DNA of 64,000 bases from an uncultured cyanobacterium (GTDB lineage Bacteria > Cyanobacteriota > Cyanobacteriia > PCC-9006 > JAAUQQ01), in contig OY970368.1 of assembly GCA_963718615.1 (NCBI GenBank), positions 3,744,001 to 3,808,000 on the forward strand. Direction: 5' to 3'. The translations under genes and the position numbers were made by a program. The number at the start of each line of letters is the position of its first letter. Position 1 is the stretch's first letter. Below the pieces are notes generated by a model. The model was not told where the DNA came from. It saw only the letters and a program-made list of their open reading frames with translations, and did no database searches. Shown here piece after piece: positions 38,236-49,096 of this stretch.

Positions 38236-38484
38236 ATGCATCAAATTCATTGCAAGGTTGAAGCTATTTGGGATGTAGAAGCTCAGGTCTGGATTGCAAC
38301 AAGCCCTGATATTCCAGGACTTGCCACCGAAGCAGATACGCTTGAAACATTGGCACAGAAGCTACGGAATATAGTCCCAGAGTTACTTCAGCTCAATCAA
38401 ATCTTGCCAGAACATTCGGTGGGTACAGTTGCGATTGAGCTCATTAGCCATAGACAAGAGCTAATTGAACTCAGTGCAGCCTAA
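38236..38484 (+). CDS. HicB-like antitoxin (DUF1902)
   Basis: WDVEAQVWIATSPDIPGLATEADT. Confidence 0.85.
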   Translation: MHQIHCKVEAIWDVEAQVWIATSPDIPGLATEADTLETLAQKLRNIVPELLQLNQILPEHSVGTVAIELISHRQELIELSAA

Positions 38485-38682
38485 ATGCCTCGCTCCTTCA
38501 CTCCGGAACTCAAGAAAATCCTTAAACAAGCAGGATGTACCTTTGATCGTAAGGGAAAGGGAGACCATGAGATTTGGTACAGTCCACTAACGAAACAGCG
38601 TTTTGTGGTTGACCAAGCGATTAAGTCACGACATACGGCCAATGCAGTCCTAAAACAAGCCGGTCTTCCCAAAGAATTTTAA
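38485..38682 (+). CDS. HicA family toxin
   Basis: RKGKGDHEIWYSP, HTANAVLKQAGL. Confidence 0.88.
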   Translation: MPRSFTPELKKILKQAGCTFDRKGKGDHEIWYSPLTKQRFVVDQAIKSRHTANAVLKQAGLPKEF

Positions 38683-38798
38683 GCACCGCTCAGTCTCTCA
38701 GGGGTCGCCCAGGGACTTGTTGACAATTCCTCATCAACCCAGGCCTAGCACACCGCTATCTTAGAAACGGTGAAAAACTTGCAGGAGGCAATTGGCCG

Positions 38799-39500
38799 AT
38801 GGAAACCTTGCAGCAACCCCTAGCTCAGCAGCGAATTGGGATCACAGGCGGCATCGCCACCGGCAAAAGTACCGTCGCAAACTACCTAGCCACGGTCCAT
38901 CAACTGCCGATTCTTGATGCCGATCGCTACGCCCGCGAAGCCGTTCAGCCCCGCTCCCTCATCCTTGCCCGCATTGCCGAACGCTATGGCCCCGAGGTCA
39001 TTTTGCCCGGTAAACGCCTCAATCGGAAACGTCTGGGCGAGATTGTCTTTAACGACGCCGCTGAACGCCAATGGCTTGAATCCCAAATTCATCCCTACGT
39101 CGAACAATGCTTTACCGATACCGTCGCAGCACTGCCCGATGAACCCATTCTGATTCTGGTCGTTCCCCTGTTGTACGAAGCCCATCTCGAAGATCGCGTC
39201 ACCGAGATCTGGGTCGTGACTTGCCCCCCGGAACAACAGCTCGAACGGCTGATGCAGCGCGATGGTCTCAGCCGCGACCAGGCGGAAGCCCGAATGCAGG
39301 CCCAAATGCCTTTGTCGGAGAAATGCGATCGCGCCGACGTCGTTTTGCAGAACACCACCACCCCTGAAGCCCTCCATCAGCAGATCGAGCACCAGGTTCA
39401 ACGGCTACGCGCCATGTTGGGGATGACCCTGGCGATCGCCTCCAATCCCCCCCCCTCAACCGACCCCCTCACAAGAGGAACTCGCCCCAACCGTCCCTAG
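38799..39500 (+). CDS. coaE: Dephospho-CoA kinase
   Basis: IGITGGIATGKST, LDAD, IHP, VPLLYE. Confidence 0.95.
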   Translation: METLQQPLAQQRIGITGGIATGKSTVANYLATVHQLPILDADRYAREAVQPRSLILARIAERYGPEVILPGKRLNRKRLGEIVFNDAAERQWLESQIHPYVEQCFTDTVAALPDEPILILVVPLLYEAHLEDRVTEIWVVTCPPEQQLERLMQRDGLSRDQAEARMQAQMPLSEKCDRADVVLQNTTTPEALHQQIEHQVQRLRAMLGMTLAIASNPPPSTDPLTRGTRPNRP

Positions 39501-39642
39501 GTTTGGGAGAAATCCGATCCCCGAAAAGTGCAAGGAAATGGGGTAAATTGAGCCTCGATAGTGCTCTGACAGTTCTCTGACAGTTCTCTGTACGTCCAGG
39601 CTTCAATCCACCCCATTCATCCGCTTTATTCACGGGCAGACC

Positions 39643-40206
39643 ATGGCCACATCACTCCAGCAGCTCGCCATTTATCTCGATCACAAGGGATGGAAATACC
39701 GTCTCGATGAAACGGAATGCCGCATCTACACCGGCGTGAAGGGAGAAAATTTTGAGCATCTCTTGATCATCATTGAGCTGGAGGAAGAAGGAGAGTTCTT
39801 TTCGGTGTATGCCCCCCAGGTGCTCTCGGATATCCAGGACCATATCCACAAGTCCGCTATCCTGCAAACCATGCTGAGCATTTCCTGGGAGACCAAAATG
39901 CTCCAGTGGGAATATGACCCCTCTGATGGTGAAATTCGCGCCATTATCGAATTTCCCCTAGAAGATGCGGCCATGACCGAGCGACAGTTTAACCGCTGTC
40001 TCCATGGTCTCGTCCAGCTCATCGACGAAATTATTCCCCGGCTGCGCCACGTCATGGATACCGGCTTTGACTCCATCGACGAAGATGAAGGGGAACGGCT
40101 GCTGCTGGCGCTGCAAACCGAGGCCCCAGGGTTATTGTCGGTTTTAGAACGGGCGATGGAAGCACGGAAACGGCGAGGGCGGCAATATCTCGAAGGGGAC
40201 ATGTAA
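39643..40206 (+). CDS. Conserved cyanobacterial hypothetical protein (YbjN/T3SS-chaperone-like fold)
   Basis: SWETKMLQWEYDPSDGEIRAIIEFPLED; fold assignment is inference. Confidence 0.6.
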   Translation: MATSLQQLAIYLDHKGWKYRLDETECRIYTGVKGENFEHLLIIIELEEEGEFFSVYAPQVLSDIQDHIHKSAILQTMLSISWETKMLQWEYDPSDGEIRAIIEFPLEDAAMTERQFNRCLHGLVQLIDEIIPRLRHVMDTGFDSIDEDEGERLLLALQTEAPGLLSVLERAMEARKRRGRQYLEGDM

Positions 40207-40296
40207 TTTCGTTCTAGGGGGTATGCGATGATGGGTCTAAGGATGGGCCAAGGGTTGGCCTAGGCAGACGTCTTATTACTCAGGACATCGAAAGCT

Positions 40297-41148
40297 GTGA
40301 GGAAGCTCCTATTTCGGTTGATCATTGGCGGAATTTTTGCGCTTTTTGGCCTCTTTAGCTATTACGGCAATACCAACGTTAATCCTGTGACTGGCGAGAA
40401 ACAGCGGGTCCAGCTCAGTCCTCAACAGGAGGTCGTTCTGGGTCTTCAAGCTCGCGAAGAGATGGCGGCCCAGCATGGTGGTTTGTACCCCGACGCGACA
40501 CTTCAGCGGTACGTGGATGAGGTGGGCAAACGGGTGGTCGAGCAGTCATCCGCCAAGGATGCGCCCTATCCCTTTGAATTTCATTTGCTGCGTGACCCGC
40601 AAACGATTAATGCCTTTGCACTTCCCGGTGGCCAGGTGTTTTTGACGGCGGCCCTGCTCAATCAATTGGACACAGAGGCCCAACTGGCCGGAGTCCTGGG
40701 CCACGAAGCCGGTCATGTCATCGGTCGCCACGGGGCCGAGCATATGGCCAAACAGCAGTTAGGGGTATCCCTGGTGAATGCGGTGGGCATTGCCACGAGT
40801 GATGAATATGGTAATGGTCGCAATGCAGCGGCGATCGCCCAAGCGGTCAACCAGTTGGTCAGTTTAAAGTATGGTCGGGAAGACGAACTGGAGAGCGATC
40901 GCCTCGGTCTGCAATTTCTCATCGAAGCAGGCTACGACCCGCGCGGCATTGTCGAACTGATGGAGATTCTCAATGCCAGTCGCAGCAGCGGTGCACCCCC
41001 AGAATTTTTGAGCACCCACCCCAACCCAGGCAACCGCTCGGAAACCTTAACAGCGCTGATTGCTCAGGTCTTTCCCGATGGCATTCCCGGCAATCTCGAA
41101 GATGGAGCCGCCCGGTTTAGCCAAATTGTCCGACCCCGCTTACGTTAG
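40297..41148 (+). CDS. M48 family metallopeptidase
   Basis: NAFALPGG, HEAGH, ELESD, FLSTHP. Confidence 0.92.
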   Translation: MRKLLFRLIIGGIFALFGLFSYYGNTNVNPVTGEKQRVQLSPQQEVVLGLQAREEMAAQHGGLYPDATLQRYVDEVGKRVVEQSSAKDAPYPFEFHLLRDPQTINAFALPGGQVFLTAALLNQLDTEAQLAGVLGHEAGHVIGRHGAEHMAKQQLGVSLVNAVGIATSDEYGNGRNAAAIAQAVNQLVSLKYGREDELESDRLGLQFLIEAGYDPRGIVELMEILNASRSSGAPPEFLSTHPNPGNRSETLTALIAQVFPDGIPGNLEDGAARFSQIVRPRLR

Positions 41149-41159
41149 GAGCCGCTGGC

Positions 41160-41708
41160 ATGAATTTGACGATTCTCTACTGGGTGTTAATTGCCGCGAT
41201 GCTAATCGGGGTAGCAGGGGCCGTTCTACCGGGGATTCCGGGGCCGAGCCTAATCTTGGTGGCCATTTTGGTCTGGTGTATTGTGACGAAATTTGCGATC
41301 GCCGGTTGGCCTCTGATCGTCATCTTTGTTGCCCTGATTCTCAGTGCCGGGGTGGAGTGGTTTGCCGCCTACTGGGGCGCTCGTCAAGTCGGGGCTAGCA
41401 AATGGGGCCAAATAGGTTCGATTGTTGGCATGACGCTAGGCTTCTTTGGCCTCCTGCCTGCGCTGCCCCTGGGTGGGCCGCTGCTGGGTATTTTGTTTGG
41501 TGCCGTTTTGGGCGCTTTTCTGGGAGAGTTTATCCACCGCCGAGATCTAGGTTTTGTAGAACGGCTCCAGCTTTCGCTCAAGGTGAGTGTGGCGATCGCC
41601 GTCGGGTCCCTGGTGGGCAATTTGCTGGAGGTAGCCCTGGCCCTGGTGGCAGTTGGTATTTTTATCTGGACCACTTGGCCTCCCTTGGGCTTTGGCGCTT
41701 TAGGCTAG
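41160..41708 (+). CDS. DUF456 membrane protein
   Basis: GAVLPGIPG, GARQVGASKWG, GAFLGEF; hydrophobic throughout. Confidence 0.85.
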   Translation: MNLTILYWVLIAAMLIGVAGAVLPGIPGPSLILVAILVWCIVTKFAIAGWPLIVIFVALILSAGVEWFAAYWGARQVGASKWGQIGSIVGMTLGFFGLLPALPLGGPLLGILFGAVLGAFLGEFIHRRDLGFVERLQLSLKVSVAIAVGSLVGNLLEVALALVAVGIFIWTTWPPLGFGALG

Positions 41709-44700
41709 GGCCGCAGGCACCGTCAAGCTGGTGCGGGTCAGGTCAATCAGCGTTTCATAGGCAAACTGGTGGGCGAGCTGGGCAATGGCATCCCGGAGTC
41801 CCCGATGGGCTTCTGGCATTTCGTCCAGAACCTGAAAAATCACCTCCTGGTCCAATAAGGTCGTCGCCGCATTCAGGCGTTCAATCCAATCCCTCGACAT
41901 CACCCGCAGACTTTCCGCAGTCAAACTCGCCACCGGGCGGCGGCCCTCTCCTGAAGCCCCAAGGGAAGCCCCGAGCTGGGTGGAGTGAAGCGGTGCCTCC
42001 AAGGTCTGCTCCGCCCAGATCTGAAACCGAAAACAGGTGCGCTGCTCAGGTTGGGATTCCACCGCAATTGAGCCCCCCATGAGCTCCACCAATTTGCGGC
42101 TGATGGAAAGCCCCAAGCCGGTTCCGCCCGGTGCTCGGCGGCCCACCTCCGTTTGCTCAAATTCCTGAAAGAGCCGATCCAGTTCCGCTGGCGCAATCCC
42201 AGGACCCGTATCTTCGATCTCAAAACAAAGCGAGACCCAGCGTTCGTCGGTGCGATCGAGCGATCGCGCTTCCCCCGCAGACCGCACCCGCACCGTAATC
42301 GTCCCTTGCTCCGTGAATTTCACCGCATTGCCCAACAAATTCATCAAAACCTGCCTCAACTTCCCTTCATCGGCTTGGACATAGCGCGGCACTTGGGGAT
42401 CAAATTCCAGCTGAAACGTCAGACCCTTGAGGCGAATTTGTAAAAAGAAAATATCTTGCAGCGATCGCATCAACGCCTCCAAATCCACCGTTTGTAGCGC
42501 CAGCGTCGCCCGTCCCGCCTCCAGCTTAGCCATGGTCATCACATCTTCAATCAGCTTGAGCAAATGTTCACCGCTTTCGTTAATCGTGGTGAGCATACGG
42601 TGATGTTCCGGTTTCAAGGCCGTATCCTGGGCCATTAAGCGACTAAACCCTAAGATCGCCGTCAACGGGGTCCGCAGCTCATGGCCCAAGCTGGCAATAA
42701 ATTCTCCCTTCGAACGGCTAACCGCCTCCGCTTCGGCCTTGGCCTGCTCTAAATCCCGGCGCTGGCGCTGCTCGGTTTCCAGAAGCTGCGCCTGGGCCAA
42801 AGCCAATCCCACCTGATCCGCCAAGGCGGCCAGCAGGCTGATTTCCTCCGCTCGCCATTCTCGGAATCGATTGCATTGGTGCAGGGCAATCACCCCATTG
42901 GCCTGGTCTTTGTAGGACGTGCGCACAGCCAGTAGCGATTTCAGTTCAGTCCGTAGACAATAGACCCGCGCTTCATCGGAGAGGGGACGGGCATAGACAT
43001 TGGTTACGGCCACCACTTCATCGTGGGTTAAGAGCTGTTGGAGGTCTGGATTGCGCTCTAAGGGGAGTTCCGGACTCCCCAGCAGCATCTGACTGGCCCC
43101 CGCATATTCCGCCAACCGAATCACCTGGGGCTGAGGCTCTGGCTGATAGCAATGGATCACACAGCGACTCACCTGAAAGGCCATGCCGATGGCTTGAGCC
43201 GCCGCCTGAAACATCTCCTGGGGTTGTAAATTCTGGCGAATTTCGCGGGTGATTTGGGCCAAGAGGGTGGCTCGTTTGAGCTGATGTTCGAGCTGCATCT
43301 CCGCAATCCGGCGTTCTTGGATTTCCTGACGCAGATCTTGGGTGCGGGCTTCGACAATTTGCTCTAAGGATTGCTGGGTTCGCGCCTGGATGAGGGCGAT
43401 CGCCGCCTGTTGACCCAGCAATTCTAGATGTTGCTGATGGAGAGCCGTGAGGGTTTTGGGTCCCTGGGTTTCTAGATACAGAACCGCCACGGGATGGGCT
43501 CCGCCCAGGGGTAACGCCAAGACACTGGTTAACCGCTGCCGGCCCTGGGCCTGAGCCAGTTTTGCAGCGGGAATCAGCACTGGCGACTGACGCCGCAACA
43601 CCGTCTGGATTAACTTAAGGGAGAGCGATCGCGTCCAAGTTCCCGTGTCATCCGCTTCTAATCGTTCAAACATCAGCGTATCGGGTTGCTGCTGCACCTG
43701 ACGTTGGGCTTGGGCTTCAATGCGCCACACCGACTCCAAGCTCAGATCTCCCGGATAAGTCTCGGGGATATCCGAGGTCGGTACCAGCAAAACCAACCGT
43801 TGGGCCGGGGTGAGTTCTGCCGCAACCTGGAGCAAGGTTTTGACCAAAGCCTCCCAATCGGAAGCAGTGCTAAGTCGCTGGGCCGCTTGCAAAATCATCG
43901 CCAATGGATTTTGATGACCCCCTGGCATCAGCGAGAGGGGCTGTCGCCGCCGCCCTCCCGCACTCGGATCGGGCACCTGCAAAATTTCGGGATAGGTCTG
44001 AACCAGCGTCAGTGCCTTAGCCGTTGCTCCCCAGTTCTGGTAGGCCCGATGGGCTTGGCGGAGATAGGCCTGGGCCAACTGGCCTTTGTTCCACTGCCGA
44101 TAGAATCGAGCCGCTCGCTCACAGGCCAAAGCTAAATCTCGTCCCTGCCCTTGGGCTTCGGCGCTGGCGATCGCCCGGTCATAAAACTCGATCGCCTCGG
44201 TTTGCTGTCCCTGTATTCGCGCTTGCTCAGCCGCCACCAACTCCCACTGGGCCCCAAACGTCAGCGGTGCCTGTTCAGCCCAGGTCTGGAGCTGCACCTG
44301 ATAGCGATCGATTTTGAGCCAGGCATCCTGTCGCTGGACAGGCGAGAGGGTGTCGTAAAGATCTAGGAGAGTCAGGGCGCTGAGATAAACCAACGTCGCC
44401 TGGGGCAAAAGTCCCTTAATCGACGGCTGATGTTTCGTCGCTTGGGCCAAGGCCGCCAAGGCTGCACGGGGTTGCCCCCCCAACAATCGCAGCAGTCCCT
44501 GGGCTAAGGCATAGAAAAAACGCACTGGGGCGAGCTGATCCAGTTGGGCGTCCGAGTCCCCCGGTAACGTCGCCACCAGCGCCGACAGATCCGGCAGTTC
44601 CCACCAGGCGGTCATGGGCTGGGTCGGAATCAGCCGCTCTAGGGTCGTGGTTTGCAAAGCGGCGATCGCCCGTTGCAAAATCCGGTTAATTCCCCAGGGA

Positions 44701-47700
44701 AACGCCTGTTGCAGCATTTCCAACATGTCTTGGTAGCGCTCATAGTCCGCCGCCACCTCCGCCAAATCGATGCCGCTCCAAAACCGATAGCTACAGGCAT
44801 ACCAAGCCGCCTGGGCTGCGGTTTCTAGCTCCCCTTCCTCTAGGGAAACCTGAACCGCCTCCACTAGGGCCTCATGGACATCCACCAGGGAAACCTGCCA
44901 GACATAGACCTGGGCATAGACCCCTAGGAGCACCTGCCCCCGCATCTCCTGAACCTGGAGGCGGTTGATCATCCAAAGGGCCTGCTGGGCGATCGCCGGG
45001 TCCCGCCGCTGAATCGCCAGCAAACTATAGGCCACAGCTCCATATTGAGACACCCCAAACCGATGGGTGAGGTCAAGCATCGTTGCAGCCAGCGTCGGCA
45101 AATGCTGGGGGCGAGCCATGCCGCAGGCCAGGGGCAGCAGCGACAGCAGCCGCAAAACCAACAGGGTTTCCCGATTGGTCATAATCGGCAGTTGGGCCAG
45201 CAGCATTTGGGAGAGCGGCTCTACGGGCTCGGTGACCCACGGGGTTCCCACCTGCTCTAAAAAGGCAAAGGCGATCGCCAAGGCCTCTTCAAACTGACCG
45301 GCGGCAATCTTGAGCCGAATGCGAATTTCCTCCGCCTGGGCCTGGTCCCAGCCCGGTTGGGCATGGGTCACTACATTTTCCGCCAGACTCGCCGCCCGGT
45401 AAAAATTGGTATGGCGATATTCTGCCTCCGCTGCGGCCTCATGGAGGTTGAGCGTTAGGGCATAGTGCACCTCCCAAGCCCGCTCCGGCAACCATTCCAA
45501 ACCCCGCGTAAAATAGCGAATCGCTGCCGCCGGATCTTGGTTCATGCTGGCCCGTCGACCGGCCACCAAATTGAGCTGGGCCAACTGTGCCCGTCGTTGG
45601 GGATCTTGCACCGGATGCAAGGCGGGATCGAGCTGTTCGATGATTTCAAAAATCTGGGAATCTCGACCGGCGATCGATAAATTTCCCAAGAGCACCTGGG
45701 CGATCGCCCAATCCCGTCCAGGATGGTGAGGGCCTGGTAAGAGTAAACAGGCCGCTTGCTGGATGCGATCGTGAAAGAATCGATAGCCGGAGGCATCCTC
45801 TAGGCGCGACAGAAAGCCTTGGTGCAGCGCAGGCCAGAGGGCAATTTCAGTTTCCAGCAACCCCGGTTCTAGAAATTCCGCCCCACTCGGCTGAGCCGTT
45901 GAATGATAAAGACGCGCCAACTGATCCAGACGAAACTGGTTGCCCAAACAGGCCGCCAATTGCAACACCAACTGTGTTTCCTCCGGCAACGTCGCTAGAC
46001 GACGGGCCAAAAACTCAACAATGTCTTCTGCCTCGAAACTCATGGCCCGAGGATTAGAAAGACAGGACCATTGCTGGGCCAAGGGATCATAAACCAGCTC
46101 CCCCTGCTGATGTAAAGCCAACAAGAGCTGCCGTACAAAAAACGGATTGCCTTGGGTTTGTAGTTCTAGGCGCTCGATTAAATCCGCTGTCTCGGGCGAG
46201 GTGCCCCCCAAAATAGCCTCAATCCAAATCCGAAAATAGGTGGAGTTAAGGGGGTTCAAATTGAGGGTTTGCAAGCTCACCTGGGACTGGCGCAGCAGCT
46301 CTAGGGTATAGCAGAGGGCATGATTCGGACTGACTTCCCGTTCCCGATAAACGCCAATCACCAAAAGGGGCAGATTACTGCCTTGGATTAAAACCCGCTG
46401 CAAAAAGCGGAGCGAAGCAGGATCGGCCCAGTGAAGATCATCGAGAAAGAGAATCCAGGGTAGGTTGGGAACCGTGAGCGCCACTTGCTGCAACCAGCGC
46501 ACCAAAAAGGCGGGCAAGATATCGGGATCTACATCGGAGGCAGCGGAGTCTTGAATCACAGCGGCGATCGCCGCCTCAAATTCCGGATTATTAAATGCCC
46601 GCCGCATCCCTTGCAAAATCGCCTGCAAAGGAGAAGCTGCTTTAAATTGTTCAAACTTGCAGGTAATAAATTGGGGGGCTGAAGAAAGGGACCCATAGGC
46701 AGCAACGACCCTGTCTTGGGTCTGTAGATATTGCTGAACCGCCTCCACCAACGCCGTCTTGCCCGTTCCCGAGCCCCCCGTCAACAAAAAGAGCTCCGCC
46801 CCCTCCTGAGCCACCCGTCCATGGGCCTCCAACAGGAGTTGTATTTCATCATCCCGACCATAGATGCGGTTGGGCAAGACCAAAGGCCGTTCCGCAGACC
46901 GTTCCGCAATGGCATTTAATCCCAGCGATGAGGGCGGCACCGTCGTTTGTTCTGGATAAAGTTCGAGCAGATCCGCTGCCACCGCCGCCGCCGTCGGATA
47001 GCGATCGCCCCCTGGATCAAGCAACGCTTGCCAAATACGCCGAAACCGAGGCCGAAGCTGGATCGGTAAGCTCAGCTCTTGCTCCGTGCCCCAGGGAGAA
47101 CATGCTTCTAACCCTTGCAAAATTGCCCCGAGCCCCTGGAGATCCCGCTGCACCCAAAGGGCCGTATCTTCTCCCGGCGGCACCAAATGGGCCTGACCCC
47201 AATCCATCAGTTTGACTCGCCAAGGCTGGAGATCGACCCCTTGCAACTCAGCTCCAAAATCCTCGGACATTTCCGTTGGGGAGGGCCGGGTACCGGGGGC
47301 GGGGGCGGGGGGATGGAACCACACTGAGGACGATCGCAACTGTCCATGGAACAATCGGGCCTGGTGCACCGACTGGAGCCCTTGGGCCAACGCCAGGGCC
47401 AAGGCAATCGGCCAGCGGGGGTCGCGCTTCATGGCCTCGGCGGTTTGCTGCCACTTGTGGGACAAGCGTTCTGGATTCTGGCCTGCATTCTGGCCTGCAT
47501 TCTGGCCCTGTTCCGAGGCCAGCGGGATCAGCCCCTCATCCCTCAAATCTAACTGCCAGCGATCGCCTTTCCCTTCCAAAACCAACGGGCGAAACAGAAC
47601 CGGCAGGTCTAGGCTACGCATAATCACGTAGTCTTGACGTAGCCAAGCTTGATCCTGGAGATTTTCAGGTCTTCGGAGAATTTTAAGCAAACAGGGGCCT

Positions 47701-47789
47701 TGAGCGGATTGCGTTCGATAAATTTCACATCGATCATCCGCTTGCAGCCATTCGAGGGGATGAGCCCCAGGTGCAGTCATCTCCAACAT
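41700..47789 (-). CDS. Hybrid degenerate Ser/Thr kinase-AAA ATPase-GAF-GAF-histidine kinase
   Basis: IYGRDDE, GGSGTGKT, FLDDLHWAD, GNPFF, FFHDRIQQA, two GAFs, HELRTPL, NLLGNAVKFT, DTGPG, GTGLGL. Confidence 0.88.
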   Translation of the reverse strand: MLEMTAPGAHPLEWLQADDRCEIYRTQSAQGPCLLKILRRPENLQDQAWLRQDYVIMRSLDLPVLFRPLVLEGKGDRWQLDLRDEGLIPLASEQGQNAGQNAGQNPERLSHKWQQTAEAMKRDPRWPIALALALAQGLQSVHQARLFHGQLRSSSVWFHPPAPAPGTRPSPTEMSEDFGAELQGVDLQPWRVKLMDWGQAHLVPPGEDTALWVQRDLQGLGAILQGLEACSPWGTEQELSLPIQLRPRFRRIWQALLDPGGDRYPTAAAVAADLLELYPEQTTVPPSSLGLNAIAERSAERPLVLPNRIYGRDDEIQLLLEAHGRVAQEGAELFLLTGGSGTGKTALVEAVQQYLQTQDRVVAAYGSLSSAPQFITCKFEQFKAASPLQAILQGMRRAFNNPEFEAAIAAVIQDSAASDVDPDILPAFLVRWLQQVALTVPNLPWILFLDDLHWADPASLRFLQRVLIQGSNLPLLVIGVYREREVSPNHALCYTLELLRQSQVSLQTLNLNPLNSTYFRIWIEAILGGTSPETADLIERLELQTQGNPFFVRQLLLALHQQGELVYDPLAQQWSCLSNPRAMSFEAEDIVEFLARRLATLPEETQLVLQLAACLGNQFRLDQLARLYHSTAQPSGAEFLEPGLLETEIALWPALHQGFLSRLEDASGYRFFHDRIQQAACLLLPGPHHPGRDWAIAQVLLGNLSIAGRDSQIFEIIEQLDPALHPVQDPQRRAQLAQLNLVAGRRASMNQDPAAAIRYFTRGLEWLPERAWEVHYALTLNLHEAAAEAEYRHTNFYRAASLAENVVTHAQPGWDQAQAEEIRIRLKIAAGQFEEALAIAFAFLEQVGTPWVTEPVEPLSQMLLAQLPIMTNRETLLVLRLLSLLPLACGMARPQHLPTLAATMLDLTHRFGVSQYGAVAYSLLAIQRRDPAIAQQALWMINRLQVQEMRGQVLLGVYAQVYVWQVSLVDVHEALVEAVQVSLEEGELETAAQAAWYACSYRFWSGIDLAEVAADYERYQDMLEMLQQAFPWGINRILQRAIAALQTTTLERLIPTQPMTAWWELPDLSALVATLPGDSDAQLDQLAPVRFFYALAQGLLRLLGGQPRAALAALAQATKHQPSIKGLLPQATLVYLSALTLLDLYDTLSPVQRQDAWLKIDRYQVQLQTWAEQAPLTFGAQWELVAAEQARIQGQQTEAIEFYDRAIASAEAQGQGRDLALACERAARFYRQWNKGQLAQAYLRQAHRAYQNWGATAKALTLVQTYPEILQVPDPSAGGRRRQPLSLMPGGHQNPLAMILQAAQRLSTASDWEALVKTLLQVAAELTPAQRLVLLVPTSDIPETYPGDLSLESVWRIEAQAQRQVQQQPDTLMFERLEADDTGTWTRSLSLKLIQTVLRRQSPVLIPAAKLAQAQGRQRLTSVLALPLGGAHPVAVLYLETQGPKTLTALHQQHLELLGQQAAIALIQARTQQSLEQIVEARTQDLRQEIQERRIAEMQLEHQLKRATLLAQITREIRQNLQPQEMFQAAAQAIGMAFQVSRCVIHCYQPEPQPQVIRLAEYAGASQMLLGSPELPLERNPDLQQLLTHDEVVAVTNVYARPLSDEARVYCLRTELKSLLAVRTSYKDQANGVIALHQCNRFREWRAEEISLLAALADQVGLALAQAQLLETEQRQRRDLEQAKAEAEAVSRSKGEFIASLGHELRTPLTAILGFSRLMAQDTALKPEHHRMLTTINESGEHLLKLIEDVMTMAKLEAGRATLALQTVDLEALMRSLQDIFFLQIRLKGLTFQLEFDPQVPRYVQADEGKLRQVLMNLLGNAVKFTEQGTITVRVRSAGEARSLDRTDERWVSLCFEIEDTGPGIAPAELDRLFQEFEQTEVGRRAPGGTGLGLSISRKLVELMGGSIAVESQPEQRTCFRFQIWAEQTLEAPLHSTQLGASLGASGEGRRPVASLTAESLRVMSRDWIERLNAATTLLDQEVIFQVLDEMPEAHRGLRDAIAQLAHQFAYETLIDLTRTSLTVPAALA

Positions 47790-47994
47790 AAACTCACAAC
47801 CGCTGACAGAAAGCTTTCCGCGCGCTCTGTTTAGGTTGCCCAGGGGAGAGGGCGATCGCGCAATGAACTTTGATGACTGTTTTTATTGCATCCCATTGCA
47901 AAGTGATGAGCTTTACAAACAGGTCAGCCGCTGACCCAAAGGCTACCAGTAGTATCAAGGCAACGCTCTGCAATCCTCCCGGTAAAACTCCCCC

Positions 47995-49089
47995 ATGGGC
48001 CTCTCTTCTTCCCCCGGTCGTCGTATTGGAGTCCTGACCAGTGGCGGCGACTGTGCTGGCCTTAACGCCGCGATTCGTGCCATTGTTCATCGGGCCGTCA
48101 CCACCTATGAATGGGAAGTGGTCGGAATCGAACAGTCCACCCACGGCCTGAGTAGTCGTCCTGTCAAAGCCCATCCCCTGGACCTTAAAGCAGTCAGCCA
48201 TATCCTGACAGATGGAGGCACCATCCTAGGCACCGCCAACTATGGTAGTCCCTTTGCCTGTCCGCAATCCGATGGCAGTCTGGTGGATATTTCAGACCAG
48301 ATTTTGGCGGGCTATCAACAGCTAAATTTATCAGGCTTAATTGGCATTGGTGGCGACGGCAGCTTAGGTATTTTGCGCAAGCTCGCCCTCCTGGGGAATA
48401 TTCCCTTTGTGGGTATTCCCAAAACCATTGATAACGATGTGGGGATGACCGAGCGATCCATTGGATTTTCTACAGCGGTCAATATTGCCACCGAAGCGGT
48501 CGATCGTCTACACTTCACCGCCGCCAGTCACAGCCGCGTCATGATCTTGGAAGTGATGGGGCGAGATGCGGGACATATTGCCATTAGTGCAGGCATTGCG
48601 GGCGGAGCAGATGTGATCTTGATTCCGGAAATCCCCTACCAAATGGACAAAATTGCGGCGGCGCTGCGGCGAAATCATAACCAGGGCAAAAATTATTCCC
48701 TGGTGGTCGTGGCGGAAGCCGTGCGGAATGAACAGAATGAACTGGTGGTCTCTCACCATAGCCGAGGCCAAAACCGCCTAGGGGGAATTGGTGAAGTGAT
48801 GGCCGATCGCATCTTTGAACTCACTGGAGCCGAAACCCGCGTCACGGTGCTCGGGCATTTGCAGCGGGGCGGTACGCCGTCTCCCTTCGATCGCCTGACG
48901 GCATCAGCCTTTGGTGTTGCGGCGGTTGATCTCCTCGCCCAAGGCCGCTATGACCGGATGGTAACCTGGCAGAACCGGCAGGTAAAGGATGTATCCATTG
49001 AGGAAGCCATTGGCGAATATGGTGCAGTCGATCCCCAGGGCACCTTGGTCAAAACCGCGCGGGGGCTGGGAATCTGTCTTGGGGATTAG
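47995..49089 (+). CDS. pfkA: 6-phosphofructokinase (PfkA family)
   Basis: TSGGDCAG, GGTILGT, GGDGS, PKTIDND, EVMGR, LGHLQRGG. Confidence 0.95.
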   Translation: MGLSSSPGRRIGVLTSGGDCAGLNAAIRAIVHRAVTTYEWEVVGIEQSTHGLSSRPVKAHPLDLKAVSHILTDGGTILGTANYGSPFACPQSDGSLVDISDQILAGYQQLNLSGLIGIGGDGSLGILRKLALLGNIPFVGIPKTIDNDVGMTERSIGFSTAVNIATEAVDRLHFTAASHSRVMILEVMGRDAGHIAISAGIAGGADVILIPEIPYQMDKIAAALRRNHNQGKNYSLVVVAEAVRNEQNELVVSHHSRGQNRLGGIGEVMADRIFELTGAETRVTVLGHLQRGGTPSPFDRLTASAFGVAAVDLLAQGRYDRMVTWQNRQVKDVSIEEAIGEYGAVDPQGTLVKTARGLGICLGD

Positions 49090-49096
49090 GTTCCTG

